A stretch of 64,000 bases of DNA from contig CBDATQ010000001.1 of the NCBI GenBank assembly GCA_965199955.1, positions 32,001 to 96,000 on the forward strand, written 5' to 3'. Each line of letters begins with the position of its first letter. Position 1 is the first letter of the stretch. The DNA is from Spirochaetia bacterium. GTDB lineage: Bacteria; Spirochaetota; Spirochaetia; SZUA-6; Bin103. The notes below the pieces were generated by a model, which was given only the letters and a program-made list of their open reading frames with translations, was not told where the DNA came from and did not search any database. The position numbers and the translations under genes are program-made. Below are positions 49,425 to 59,660 of the stretch, in pieces.

Positions 49425-51242
49425 CTAGAACTGGCTTCCCGCGAAGCGGCGGTGCAGCCGGCTGCGCAGCCGGATCGCCGTGACGTTGAGCAGCACAACG
49501 ATCAGGATCAGCAGCAGCGTCGACGTGAACACCATGGGGATGGCCGCTTCGCTGTTCTGGCTCTGGAAGCCGACGTCGAAAATGTGAAAGCCCAGGTGCA
49601 TGAAGCTGCGCTCCAGGTGCACGAACGGGAAATAGCGGTCGATTGGCAGCTCGGGCGCGAGCTTCACCGCGCCGACCAGCATCAGCGGCGCCACCTCGCC
49701 CGCGCCGCGCGCCATCGCCAGGATCATGCCGGTCATGATGCCGGGCATCGCGCGCGGCATGACGATCCGCTTGATCGTCTGCCACTTGCTGGCCCCGCAG
49801 GCATAGGACCCTTCGCGCATCGAACCGGGCACGGCGGCCAGCGCCTCCTCGGTGGCGACGATCACCACCGGCAGCGTCAGCAGCGCCAGCGTCAGGGACG
49901 CCCACAGGATGCCGCCGGTGCCGAAGGTGGGGCTGGGCAGCTTCGCGCGGAACAAGAGCTCGTCGATGCCGCCGCCGATCAGGTAGCTGAAGAAGCCCAG
50001 GCCGAACACGCCGAAGACGATGCTAGGCACGCCGGCCAGGTTGTTGATCGCGATCCGCACGATCGACACCAGGCGTCCCGGCCTGGCGTACTCGCGCAGG
50101 TAGAGCGCGGCGATCACCCCGAACGGGACCACGGCGAGCGACATCAGGAGGGTCATCACCACCGTGCCGAAGATCGCCGGGAAGACGCCGCCTTCGCGGT
50201 TGGCCTCACGCGGGTCGGCGGTCAGGAACTCCGCCCACCGCGACAGGTAGATGCCCAGCTTGCGCGGCAGGCCGAGCCGGTTGGCCGGGTAGCCGCGCAC
50301 GACCTGGCCGAGCGGCACCAGCACCTCGGCGCCGTCGGAGAGCCGCATCGACAACTGGTAGCGCTCGCTCGCTCGCTGCAGCTCGTCGATCCGGGCGCGG
50401 ATCTGCGCATATTCCGCGTTCGCCTCCGCATCGACGGACGCCGCCTTCTCCAGCTCGGAGGCGAGCTTGTCCCCGGCGGCCGCGATCGTGGACGCGCTGC
50501 CTCCGGCGCGGGCGTCGTCGAGCGCCAGCGCGGCTTCGCGCACGCGCAGCCGCGCCGTCTCCAGGCGGTGATTCACGTCGCCGATGTCGCGCCGTTCCAG
50601 CCGCCTGCGCTCGGCCCGCCAGCCCTCCACGGCCGGGTGGTGCCGCTCGAACTCCCTCCAGGCGGCCTCCGCGCCCTCGGCGGTCGCCGCGCCGTCGACC
50701 AGGAACGCCGCCGGCTCGCCGTAGAATCGCCCCCAGGTCAGCCGCTCGAAGATTACCGCCCATTCCGGGGCGCTCCGCCCGGCCAGAGCGAAGTCGTCCA
50801 CCCACGTGAAGTGCGCGCCGGTCACGTCGAAGTTGCCGGTCCGCACCAGCCAGCGCGTGGACCAGCCGCGCTGCCGCTCCAGCAGCTCCCTCGCCGGCTC
50901 CTGTGCGGCGGCAGGCAGCGAGTCGATCGCGCCGGCGGCCGGTTGGTAGCGGTCGCGGCGGGTCACCTCGCCCAGGTGAACGGAGCCGTCGGCCATCTCG
51001 AAGCGGGCCAGCGGCGCCGGCCAGAAGGTGCCGAGACCGCGCATCAGGATCAGCAGCAGCAGCCCCAGGGTCATCACCAGGGCGATCGCCAGCGTGCCGG
51101 CGGTCAGCCACATCATCGGCTGTCCCTGCGCGGCCAGCGAGGCGCCGCTGCTCACGAGGCGGCGCGGCGCGGCGGGCCCGGCGGCGGCCAACCCGGCCGG
51201 GGGTGCGACCTCGAAGGCGCTCGGAGCGACGGTCGACTTCAC
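49425..51242 (-). CDS. pstA: Phosphate ABC permease PstA, long form
   Basis: [27 protein letters not shown] and [10 protein letters not shown] motifs; large soluble insertion. Confidence 0.95.
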   Translation of the reverse strand: MKSTVAPSAFEVAPPAGLAAAGPAAPRRLVSSGASLAAQGQPMMWLTAGTLAIALVMTLGLLLLILMRGLGTFWPAPLARFEMADGSVHLGEVTRRDRYQPAAGAIDSLPAAAQEPARELLERQRGWSTRWLVRTGNFDVTGAHFTWVDDFALAGRSAPEWAVIFERLTWGRFYGEPAAFLVDGAATAEGAEAAWREFERHHPAVEGWRAERRRLERRDIGDVNHRLETARLRVREAALALDDARAGGSASTIAAAGDKLASELEKAASVDAEANAEYAQIRARIDELQRASERYQLSMRLSDGAEVLVPLGQVVRGYPANRLGLPRKLGIYLSRWAEFLTADPREANREGGVFPAIFGTVVMTLLMSLAVVPFGVIAALYLREYARPGRLVSIVRIAINNLAGVPSIVFGVFGLGFFSYLIGGGIDELLFRAKLPSPTFGTGGILWASLTLALLTLPVVIVATEEALAAVPGSMREGSYACGASKWQTIKRIVMPRAMPGIMTGMILAMARGAGEVAPLMLVGAVKLAPELPIDRYFPFVHLERSFMHLGFHIFDVGFQSQNSEAAIPMVFTSTLLLILIVVLLNVTAIRLRSRLHRRFAGSQF

Positions 51243-53893
51243 AGCTCGAACGCCCTGCGGCGGAACCGCTGGCGCACCGACTCCGCGATCGTGTTCACCA
51301 CGAACGTCATCACGAACAGCGTCAGCGCCGCCAGGAACAGGATGCGGTAGTGCGTGCTGTCGACCACCGCCTCCGGCAGCTCGACGGCGATGTTCGCCGC
51401 CAGCGTGCGGAAGCCGTTGAACAGGTTCATCTCCAGGATCGGCGTGTTGCCGGCCGCCATCAGCACGATCATCGTCTCACCCACGGCGCGGCCCAGCCCG
51501 ATCATCACGGCCGAGAACAGCCCGCTCATGGCCGTCGGCACGATCACGCGCATCGCGGTCTGCCACGGGGTGGCGCCGGCGGCCAGGGACGCGGAACGCA
51601 GGTGCTCGGGCACGCTCTTCAGGGCGTCGTCGGCGATGGTGTAGATGATCGGGATGATCGCGAAGCCCATCACGAAGCCCACCACCAGCGAGTTGCGCTG
51701 CACGTAGGTGCCGAGCACGGGGCCGATGACCGGGAACGACCCGCGCGAGTCCACTCCCAGCGCCTGCAGGAGCCAGCCGCCGAGCAGGGCGGCGCCGCCC
51801 GCGACCGCCACCGCGCCGGCAACCTTGACGATCTCCAGCAGCGCCACCGTCCGCGCCGGCAGGCTCCGGTACAACGTCCGCAGCCTGGGAGCGAGCGAGC
51901 GCGACACGTACCACACCGTGGCCAGCCCGGTGAGCGGCAGCAGCATCATCGCCCAGCCGCCGGCGCCGGTGCCGATCTGCCCGTCCAGCCAGAGCTTGAT
52001 GTCGCCCGCGAACAGCGCCCGCTCGGCCACCGGCCCGGCCAGCCGCGACAGCAGCAGGCCGAGCGGCAGCGCCCCCATCAGCACGAAGGGGATGCGGAAT
52101 CGCGACAGGATGATCACCGTGCGGTCGGGCAGGAGCTGGAACAGGTAGCCGCCGGCCAGGCAGGTGAGCGGGATCATCAGGAACGCGACCAGGATCATCG
52201 GCACCGCCCGCTCGGCGATCGGCGCGAACACAAGGCCGGCCAGGAAGCCGAGCACGACGCTCGGCAGGCTGGCCATCATCTCGATGATCGGCTTGATACG
52301 CGCACGCAGCCTGTTGTGCAGGAACTCGCTGGTGTAGATGGCCGCCAGCAGCGCCAGCGGCACCCCGAACAGCATTGAGTAGATGGTCGCCTTGATCGTC
52401 CCGAAGACCAGCGGGACCAGCCCGTACTTGGCCTCGAACGTGTCGGTGCCGCTCGACGACTGCCAGACGTGCTCGGGATCACGGTTGCCCTCGTACCAGA
52501 CCTTGGCGAAGATCGATCGCACGGTGGCTTCCGGGTGCGGGCTGTCCAGCGCCAGCAGCGCGAATCCCCGGTCGGTCACGGCCGCGATCGCGTCGTCGCG
52601 GGGGCTCGCCGCGACGGCCGTGATCGGCACGCCGGCGAAGGGCCGCGCCTCGGCCAGGAACGCGTTGCTGGTCACGTAGAAGCTGCGCACGCTGCCGTCC
52701 ACGTAGCCCACGACGATCATGCGCTTGCGCGACGAGCTGCCGATGCTGGTGACGGCCGCCGGGCCGCGAGGGACAGCAGGGCCGTCGAACGTATGGGCGT
52801 TGACCAGCAGCAGCCCGTCGGCCGTCGCGGCGTCTTCGTCGCGCACCCGGAACCAGGTACGGACGCGCCCGCGGCTGTCGCCGATCAGCAGGGTGTCGCG
52901 GCCCAGCAGGAAACGGGCCACCGTGAGGCGCACGGCATCGTCGCGCAGCACGTCGCCGCGCTCGGCGACGACCGGCTCGCGCAGGTTGCGGGTGTCGAAG
53001 CGCACGAACGCCCCGTCCTGCCACAGCACGTAGACGGCATCCGCGTTGCCACTGACGAGCACGCGGGACATCGGGACGGCGCGCCCGAAATCGGGAATCG
53101 CGGCGCTGCCGCCGCGCACTGTCGCGGTGACGCGGCCGGTGAGGATGTTGCGCCGCCGCGTCACGGCGCTGATCCGCATCACGCCGTCGTCGGTCACCAT
53201 GGCGATCACCGGCCCGACCGAGCGCACCGTCTGGTCGATCAGCAGGACGCTGCCTGCGTGGCCGCTTGCCACCGGGTCCTGGATGTGCGCCTCCAGCCGC
53301 TGCAGGCGCAACTGGCCGATCGGCGTGCGCTGGATCGACGCGCCGTCGAGCACACCGACCTCGCCCTCGCCGAGCGCGTGCAGCCCGGCCGGCACGTCCT
53401 CGTTCTCGAAGAACGCGGTCTCGAACAGCACCTGGCCGAGCCGGAAGGTGCCGTCGGCGAAGCCGGCGGCCAGCCAGCCGCCGTCGTCCGAGTAGGTCAG
53501 GGAGGTGGGCTGCTCGTCGAACAGCGGCACCTCCCCGAGCAGCATGCCGCCGGGGACGCCCGCGTCGATCCGGAAGTGCCGCAGCGCCCGCCCGCCGTCG
53601 ACCAGCTCGGCGGCCGCCACGCGGAACTCGTCCACCAGGACGAAGCGGTCCACCGCGGCGGGGAAGGCCGCGGGCCCCTGGCCGGATCCCGACTGGGAGA
53701 CCGCCGGCTCCAGGCGTGTTCGGCCCACCAGCGGCACCACGACGGAAGCCAGGAACACGAACACCAGGAACACCGCGGCGATTACGCCGATCCCGCCGAT
53801 CGTGATGATCGACCTGGAGGCGACCTCCGCGACACGGACACCGGCGCGCGTCTTGTGCGCGCGTCGGTATCCCGTGAACGCCGGCTGGCTCAT
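51239..53893 (-). CDS. pstC: Phosphate ABC permease PstC, long form
   Basis: WYEG....HVWQSS, LPSVVLGF and GRAVGETMIVLMAAGN motifs; 884 aa. Confidence 0.95.
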   Translation of the reverse strand: MSQPAFTGYRRAHKTRAGVRVAEVASRSIITIGGIGVIAAVFLVFVFLASVVVPLVGRTRLEPAVSQSGSGQGPAAFPAAVDRFVLVDEFRVAAAELVDGGRALRHFRIDAGVPGGMLLGEVPLFDEQPTSLTYSDDGGWLAAGFADGTFRLGQVLFETAFFENEDVPAGLHALGEGEVGVLDGASIQRTPIGQLRLQRLEAHIQDPVASGHAGSVLLIDQTVRSVGPVIAMVTDDGVMRISAVTRRRNILTGRVTATVRGGSAAIPDFGRAVPMSRVLVSGNADAVYVLWQDGAFVRFDTRNLREPVVAERGDVLRDDAVRLTVARFLLGRDTLLIGDSRGRVRTWFRVRDEDAATADGLLLVNAHTFDGPAVPRGPAAVTSIGSSSRKRMIVVGYVDGSVRSFYVTSNAFLAEARPFAGVPITAVAASPRDDAIAAVTDRGFALLALDSPHPEATVRSIFAKVWYEGNRDPEHVWQSSSGTDTFEAKYGLVPLVFGTIKATIYSMLFGVPLALLAAIYTSEFLHNRLRARIKPIIEMMASLPSVVLGFLAGLVFAPIAERAVPMILVAFLMIPLTCLAGGYLFQLLPDRTVIILSRFRIPFVLMGALPLGLLLSRLAGPVAERALFAGDIKLWLDGQIGTGAGGWAMMLLPLTGLATVWYVSRSLAPRLRTLYRSLPARTVALLEIVKVAGAVAVAGGAALLGGWLLQALGVDSRGSFPVIGPVLGTYVQRNSLVVGFVMGFAIIPIIYTIADDALKSVPEHLRSASLAAGATPWQTAMRVIVPTAMSGLFSAVMIGLGRAVGETMIVLMAAGNTPILEMNLFNGFRTLAANIAVELPEAVVDSTHYRILFLAALTLFVMTFVVNTIAESVRQRFRRRAFEL

Positions 53894-53921
53894 GTGCCGA
53901 ATGCGCCTCCGCCGGACTCGC

Positions 53922-54908
53922 TCAGATGCCCAGCGCTTCCATCGCCTCGGAGGCGATCCGGTTGGTGATCGGGTAATACCCGTCCTTGATCACGTCCTCC
54001 TGACCCTCGGTGGAGAACATGTACCGGACGAACTCGCGCCGCAATGGGTCGAGGTCGCTGCCGGGACGGTGGTTGACGTACACGTACAGGAACCGCGAGA
54101 GGGGATACTCGCCGGTGTACGCATACTCGGGGGTGGCCGGGATCGGGTCGGACCAGGCGTCATGGGCCACGGGCACCGCACACACGTCCGCGGTGAGATA
54201 GCCGATGCCGGAGTAGCCGATGCCGGGAGCGTCGCTGGCGACGCCCTGCACGACCGAGGAGCTGCCGGGCTGTTCCTTCACGGACGGCTTGTAGTCGCCG
54301 TTGCCCAGCACGCTCTTCTTGAAGTAGCCGTAGGTGCCGGACGCCGAGTTGCGGCCGTACAGGCTGATCGGCTGGTCCGCCCAGGCGCCGTCCGTCACGC
54401 CGGCATCGCCCCAGGTGCGGATGTCGCTCTCGTGACCGAGCAGGCGGTTGGTCGAGAAGATGGCGTCGACCTGCTGCAGGGTGAGTCCTGCCTCGCAGAT
54501 CGGGTTGTCCTTGTTGGCGTAGACGGCCAGCATGTCGATCGCGGCCGGCAGGCGGGTCGGCGGATAGCCGTACTTGCTCTCGAACTCGTCCACCTCGGCC
54601 GCCTTCATCTGGCGGCTCATCGGGCCGAACTGGGAGCTTCCGGCGATCAGCGCCGGCGGCGCCGTCGAGGACCCCTTGCCCTCGATCTCGATGCGGACGT
54701 TCGGGTACATCCCCAGGAAGCCTTCGGCCCACAGCGTCATGGTGTTGTTCATGGTGTCGGAGCCGACGCTCTTGACGCTGCCGGACACGCCCTGCACCGG
54801 CTCGTACATGGTGAGGGCCGGGTCGACCGACATCTGCGCCAGGACGGTCATCGACGTGAGCGCCATGGCCGCCGCCAGGGCTGCCGCTGTGATTCGGGTG
54901 GTTCGCAT
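53922..54908 (-). CDS. pstS: Phosphate-binding protein
   Basis: Signal peptide; GSDTM, GSST, MSR, RNSASGTY and YPLSR.LYVY motifs. Confidence 0.96.
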   Translation of the reverse strand: MRTTRITAAALAAAMALTSMTVLAQMSVDPALTMYEPVQGVSGSVKSVGSDTMNNTMTLWAEGFLGMYPNVRIEIEGKGSSTAPPALIAGSSQFGPMSRQMKAAEVDEFESKYGYPPTRLPAAIDMLAVYANKDNPICEAGLTLQQVDAIFSTNRLLGHESDIRTWGDAGVTDGAWADQPISLYGRNSASGTYGYFKKSVLGNGDYKPSVKEQPGSSSVVQGVASDAPGIGYSGIGYLTADVCAVPVAHDAWSDPIPATPEYAYTGEYPLSRFLYVYVNHRPGSDLDPLRREFVRYMFSTEGQEDVIKDGYYPITNRIASEAMEALGI

Positions 54909-54934
54909 GCTTCTCCTCGTGATGATCAGATTCG

Positions 54935-54993
54935 AGGGTACGGTCCCGGACGATTGCTAGGGCACCGCTAGCGCTCTGGTATTTCTGTGCTAG
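54935..54993 (-). promoter_or_regulatory. Candidate Pho-box-like 11-bp phased repeats plus -10 of pstS
   Basis: Plus-strand GCTAG at 54956, 54967 and 54989 (GGTAT at 54978); minus-strand TACCCT at 54940-54935. Confidence 0.5.
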
Positions 54994-55012
54994 GGGGCGT
55001 AGCGTGCAGGGC

Positions 55013-55828
55013 GTGCCGGAGCTGCCGGAGGTTGAGACGATCGCGCGGGGGGTGCGGCCGGTGCTGGTGGGGCAGCGCATCGAACGCGTGGTGGTACGCG
55101 AGCCGCGGTTGCGGTGGCGGGTGGCGGACGACCTGCCGCCGCGGCTGGCCGGGCGCACGGTGCGCGACGTGCGGCGGCGGGCCAAGTACTTGGTGGTCGA
55201 CGCCGGACCCGAGAGCCTGATCGCCCACCTGGGCATGTCGGGGCGGCTGCTGGTGGTGGAAGCCGATGCGCCGCCGGCAAAGCACGACCACGCGGACGTG
55301 GTGCTGGGTTCGGGGCTGGCCGTGCGGCTGCGCGATCCGCGCCGGTTCGGGTCGCTGCACGTGGCCTGTACGCCAGGCCGGCACCCGCTGCTGGCGGGCC
55401 TGGGGCCCGAGCCGCTCGACGGCGGCTTCGACGGCGAATACCTGTACGCGGTGAGCCGCCGGCGCACGGCGGCGATCAAGGACCTGCTGCTGAACAGCCG
55501 CATCGTCGCCGGCATCGGCAACATCTATGCCAGCGAGGCGCTGTTCGCCGCGCGCGTGCATCCGCGCACGCCGGCCGGCCGGCTGGGCCGCGTCCGCCTG
55601 GAGCGGATCGCCGGCGCCGTGCGCGCGATCCTGGAGCGGGCGATCGCCACCGGCGGCACCACGCTGCGCGACTACCGCACGCCTGGCGGCGATCCGGGCC
55701 TGTTCGCGATCGAGCTGTCCGCCTACGGCCGCGCCGGTCTGCCCTGTCCGCGCTGCGGTGCGGCCATCCGCGCGTTGCGCTCCGGCGGCCGATCCACCTT
55801 CTATTGCCCGCGCTGCCAGCGCCGCTGA
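55013..55828 (+). CDS. mutM: Formamidopyrimidine-DNA glycosylase
   Basis: PELPEVET, RRAKYL, HLGMSG, DPRRFG, GIGNIYASE and CPRC..CPRCQ zinc finger. Confidence 0.97.
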   Translation: MPELPEVETIARGVRPVLVGQRIERVVVREPRLRWRVADDLPPRLAGRTVRDVRRRAKYLVVDAGPESLIAHLGMSGRLLVVEADAPPAKHDHADVVLGSGLAVRLRDPRRFGSLHVACTPGRHPLLAGLGPEPLDGGFDGEYLYAVSRRRTAAIKDLLLNSRIVAGIGNIYASEALFAARVHPRTPAGRLGRVRLERIAGAVRAILERAIATGGTTLRDYRTPGGDPGLFAIELSAYGRAGLPCPRCGAAIRALRSGGRSTFYCPRCQRR

Positions 55829-55839
55829 TACTGCCCGGC

Positions 55840-56052
55840 ATGCGTATCGAGCAGGCCGTGGTAGTCCCGGCTCGCGGCGGCCACTACAACGAGGATCTCC
55901 AGGCGATCCGCGCGGGCGCCCACCGCGACGGTTACCTCTACCCGGGAACGCCGCAGGCGCCCGGCTTCGACGCGATCCGCCAGCCGAGCGAGGCGTTCTC
56001 CCTGATCCTGCGCCTGGAGGGCGGCGCCACCGTCGCCGGGGAGGGATCATGA
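55840..56052 (+). pseudogene. Truncated methylaspartate ammonia-lyase (N-terminal 70 aa)
   Basis: MRIEQAVVVPARGGHYNEDLQAIRAGAHRDGYLYPGTPQAPGFDAIRQPSEAFSLILRLEGG matches the MAL N-terminal pattern; then TGA. Confidence 0.75.
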
Positions 56053-56077
56053 TGCACCGGCGGGCGGAATCGAACCG

Positions 56078-56956
56078 ATGGCTGTGGTGACCGTATCCGA
56101 GGCCAGGCAACTGCTACCGGCGGTCAACGGCGACGGGCTGCCCGTCGTGTCGATGAGCGAGGAACAGAAGTACCTGTTCGACCTGAAGGGCTGGATCGCC
56201 CTCCCCGGCCTGCTGGACGAGGCCGAGCTCGAGTCGATCCGCGAGCACCAGATGCGCTTCCTGAACCACCCGGAGGAGCTGCCGCCGGCCGAGCGCGACA
56301 ACCACGGGGGCCCGTCTCAGGTGCTGCTGGACGCGCCGGCGGTGGTCGGCGTCCTCAACGAGATCGTCTCCCACCAGCCGCTGGCGGCAGAGGACTGCTA
56401 CGGGTTCCGTTTCGATCACACCTACACCAGCCACCGGCAGGCCGGCCACGACAACTTCGCCCCGCACGGCGGCGGCGGGCTGTTCAACTTCTCGGGAAAC
56501 TCCCACCTCTACCAGATGCACCCGGGCCGCATCCACGCCGGCCTGGTGCGGGTGGTATGGGAGCTGAACGAGGTCGTCGCGGGCGAGGGCGGCACGCTGT
56601 TCCTGTCCGGCAGCCACAAGAGCGCGTTTCCGCGCCCGCAGGCGCTGTCCGGCCGCGACAGCGCGCTGTGGGAGACCTACTCCTGCCCGGCCGGCTCGGC
56701 GGTCATCTTCACCGAGGCGCTCTGCCACACCGGCACCCGATGGACCAACACCGCACGCGACCGGCTGAGCCTGTTCACCTGCTACAACACCGTGAACGCC
56801 AAGTGGGGCAAGGGCTGTCCGCCGCCGGAGGTGATCGCCGCCATGCCGCCGCTGCGCCGCACCCTGTTCCGCGGCGTCTGGCACGGCATGCGCGAGGTCC
56901 CCGGCATCAACAAGTACCATGACGAAGCCAACACCGGCCGCTTCGCCGCCGGATAG
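56078..56956 (+). CDS. Phytanoyl-CoA dioxygenase (PhyH)-family protein
   Basis: QKYLFDLKGW, HGG, GSHKS, PAGSAVIFTEALCH and R.SLF motifs. Confidence 0.88.
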   Translation: MAVVTVSEARQLLPAVNGDGLPVVSMSEEQKYLFDLKGWIALPGLLDEAELESIREHQMRFLNHPEELPPAERDNHGGPSQVLLDAPAVVGVLNEIVSHQPLAAEDCYGFRFDHTYTSHRQAGHDNFAPHGGGGLFNFSGNSHLYQMHPGRIHAGLVRVVWELNEVVAGEGGTLFLSGSHKSAFPRPQALSGRDSALWETYSCPAGSAVIFTEALCHTGTRWTNTARDRLSLFTCYNTVNAKWGKGCPPPEVIAAMPPLRRTLFRGVWHGMREVPGINKYHDEANTGRFAAG

Positions 56957-57058
56957 AATCAGCCTTGCTTACGAGGCATGGTACGCCTTTCTCGGCAGCG
57001 CCGGCAGCCGACAGCAACGTCAGAGCATCCAAGCGCCTCAGGGGCCCGGTGCCGGCGA

Positions 57059-57667
57059 TCACGGAAACAGTCCCCGGAATGTCAGGTCCACCTGTTCGGC
57101 CAGCGCTGCCCGTGCCAGCGCCGGGTCGCGGCCGCCCGGGCGGTCGAGGTCGATCAGGAGCCGGCTCATGGCCGCTCCGTAGAGCAGCGTCGCGGCCGTG
57201 TCGAGGTCCACGTCCGCGCGGATGTCGCCCGCACGCTGAAGCTCGTCGAGCAGGGCGACCAGGCGCGCCATGAACGCCTCGTCGATGCGCTTGAATCCCG
57301 CCAGCTCGGCGGGCGGCGCGGCGAAGGCGCTGATGAGGATCTCGCGCAGCACCGGCGGTTCGAACAGCTCGGCCGCCTCGACGAACGACGTCAGCAGCTC
57401 CACGCACTGCGCGGCACCGCCGGATGCGCGCCGCACCCGCTCGTCTGCTGCCGCGAGCGTCTCGCGCGCCACGTCCCACCACAGCGCGGCGATGAGCGCA
57501 TTCTTGGAACCGAAGTAGTTGTAGACCGATCCGGCCGCCACTTCCGCGGCGGCGGCGATACCCTCGATGGTCGTCGCCGCGAAGCCCTGCTCCTCGATCG
57601 CCCGGCGGGCAGCCGTCAGGATCTGCGCGCGGGTTCGCGCCTTCTTGCGCTCACGCAGCCCGGACAC
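57059..57667 (-). CDS. TetR/AcrR transcriptional regulator
   Basis: GLRERKKARTR..I...GFAATTIEGIA.AAEVAAGSVYNYFGSK. Confidence 0.95.
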   Translation of the reverse strand: MSGLRERKKARTRAQILTAARRAIEEQGFAATTIEGIAAAAEVAAGSVYNYFGSKNALIAALWWDVARETLAAADERVRRASGGAAQCVELLTSFVEAAELFEPPVLREILISAFAAPPAELAGFKRIDEAFMARLVALLDELQRAGDIRADVDLDTAATLLYGAAMSRLLIDLDRPGGRDPALARAALAEQVDLTFRGLFP

Positions 57668-57696
57668 GACCGAAACCGTACCGCATCGGCCTCATG

Positions 57697-58863
57697 CTAC
57701 GAGGATCCGAATACGTAGCGAGCGAGCAGGGTCGCGGAGACTCCGCCCGGCTGCTCCCAGGCGAAGGTGTCCTCGCGTTCGCCGAGCATCACTGCCGTAT
57801 ACAAGCCGAGCGTCAGTCCCTGGTGGATGTTCCAGAAGGCGCCGGCGGCAGCGACCCCGGAGGCGTCGACCGGCGACAGAACGCCGCTCAGCGACAGGTT
57901 CCACGCGTCGGCCGGACGGTAGCTCAGTTCGGGAAACAGGTACACGCCGTAGTGGTCGAGCGCGGCCGCCGGCGCCGGCGTCGCGTCGTCCCACGCCCGC
58001 CAGGGACGCACGCCGGCTTCCAGCAGCACGGTGACGACGCCGGCCTCCGGGCCGAGGTCCAGGAACGCGAGCCCGCCGCCGGTCAGGAACAGTCGCTGAG
58101 CGGCGGCGCGGCTCAGGTCGACGCCCGCCGCGCCGGGCAGCGCCGTGCCGCCGCTCAGGTGCCAATCGACGCCGGCGAGCGCGCCCTTCAGGCTGAGATA
58201 GCCGCGGTGCTCGCGCTCGTGCGGCTCCGCGTCCGCCGTGCTCGCCGCGGCATACAGGTAGCCGCCCTCCACGGTCAGCTCCCCCAGCCGCACCACGGCA
58301 CGACCGCCGGCGTCGGTGCGGTCGATGGCGAGCGGTTCCAGCGGGGGCAGCGCGACCATCTCCAGGAAGGACAGGCCCAGCGGCACGTACGCCGCCACCA
58401 GCCAGTCGGTGGCGGTCAGGAACTCGCCGGCGCCGGCGGCGAAGGCCGGCGACTGTCCGAAGAGGATGTCGCCGGCGTTGAAGAACCGGCCCTGGCCCCA
58501 GGTCAGCCGCGTCTTTCCCGCCGTGAGGCGGAACCCCGGCAGCCGCGCCCGCAAAAAGGCGCGCTCCACCGCGACGCCGGCGACCGTGCCGCCGGACATC
58601 GCCGCACCGTCATCGCCGGCTTCCTGCCGCAGCTCGGCGCGCAGGCTGAGCTGGCCGCGGACGTTGCGGTTGCCGGTCGCCGCCAGGTCGAGCCGGGAAC
58701 TGCCGCCGGCGCCCAGCAGCACCCCGCCGTCCGGATCGGACAGCCCGGCGAGCAGTGCCTCGACGGTCACGGCGGTGCGCACGTCAGCGGCCGCCAGAGC
58801 CGCCGCCAGCAGACCCAGCAGGACCGCCGTCACCACCGTCCTCGCGCCGCGCCGCCGGCTCAA
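57697..58863 (-). CDS. Secreted, probable outer-membrane beta-barrel protein
   Basis: Signal peptide, LTAGK.RLTWGQG motif, amphipathic strands, C-terminal ARYVF. Confidence 0.65.
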   Translation of the reverse strand: MSRRRGARTVVTAVLLGLLAAALAAADVRTAVTVEALLAGLSDPDGGVLLGAGGSSRLDLAATGNRNVRGQLSLRAELRQEAGDDGAAMSGGTVAGVAVERAFLRARLPGFRLTAGKTRLTWGQGRFFNAGDILFGQSPAFAAGAGEFLTATDWLVAAYVPLGLSFLEMVALPPLEPLAIDRTDAGGRAVVRLGELTVEGGYLYAAASTADAEPHEREHRGYLSLKGALAGVDWHLSGGTALPGAAGVDLSRAAAQRLFLTGGGLAFLDLGPEAGVVTVLLEAGVRPWRAWDDATPAPAAALDHYGVYLFPELSYRPADAWNLSLSGVLSPVDASGVAAAGAFWNIHQGLTLGLYTAVMLGEREDTFAWEQPGGVSATLLARYVFGSS

Positions 58864-59615
58864 AAGGTCAGCTCCTCAAGGGAGAACCGGTCTTCGTCCA
58901 CCTCGATGTCCACCTCGATCGTGTCGATCAGGAACACCGTGCGCGAGTCCTTCTTCATCAGGTCCGACATCTCCATCCGCACCGGGATCAGCTTGTCCCC
59001 CACCTCGCGGTAGTCGGAGATGGCCATCTGCTTCAGCGGCCGGCCGCGCAGGGAGAACTGCTCGATGCGGCGGGTGACGAACAGCTCGGCGTCGATCCAC
59101 ACGACCTGAATCGGATACACCACGTCGCGCCGGGTCGCGGTGAGCCGCAGGCGATGGCAGTCGTGGCCGTCGATCGGCTCCGTGCCCTCGAGCTCCACCT
59201 CGTAGTCGTCGAGCAGGCTGCCCTCGCCGGTCATGTCCTCATACGAGAAGTCGGAGCCCAGGACATTGTCGCGCAGCGCCGCCGCCTGCAGGTGGATGAC
59301 CTCCTCCGCCTCCGGGAAGTAGAGATAGATCTCGTCGTCGAGGCGCAGGATCTTCTGTCCGGCCTCCTCCGGGTTGGTGAACTCCAGCAACAATCGGTCG
59401 TCGCCCACGGCCGTGGAGATGAAGGTCTTGGTACGGGTGCCGAACCGGTCGCTGATCTCGAGCGAGCCGGTGGAGTGCATGGAGGCATGGCGCTCGTTGC
59501 GCTCCATCTTCCGGATCACCTCCGCGCCGGTCAGGGCGCCGAGCGGAACCGCGCCGGTCATCAGCAACAGCGGCAGCAGCACACCGCCGCGGGCGCATCG
59601 CCGGGTCTTCATCAT
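58860..59615 (-). CDS. LolA-like outer membrane lipoprotein-sorting protein
   Basis: Signal peptide; LLEF..P...GQK.L, GSDFSYED and FSLEEL motifs. Confidence 0.88.
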   Translation of the reverse strand: MMKTRRCARGGVLLPLLLMTGAVPLGALTGAEVIRKMERNERHASMHSTGSLEISDRFGTRTKTFISTAVGDDRLLLEFTNPEEAGQKILRLDDEIYLYFPEAEEVIHLQAAALRDNVLGSDFSYEDMTGEGSLLDDYEVELEGTEPIDGHDCHRLRLTATRRDVVYPIQVVWIDAELFVTRRIEQFSLRGRPLKQMAISDYREVGDKLIPVRMEMSDLMKKDSRTVFLIDTIEVDIEVDEDRFSLEELTF

Positions 59616-59660
59616 CGTCCTCTCCTTGTGTCATCGAATCTGCTGGTGCCGGCGCGCCCG

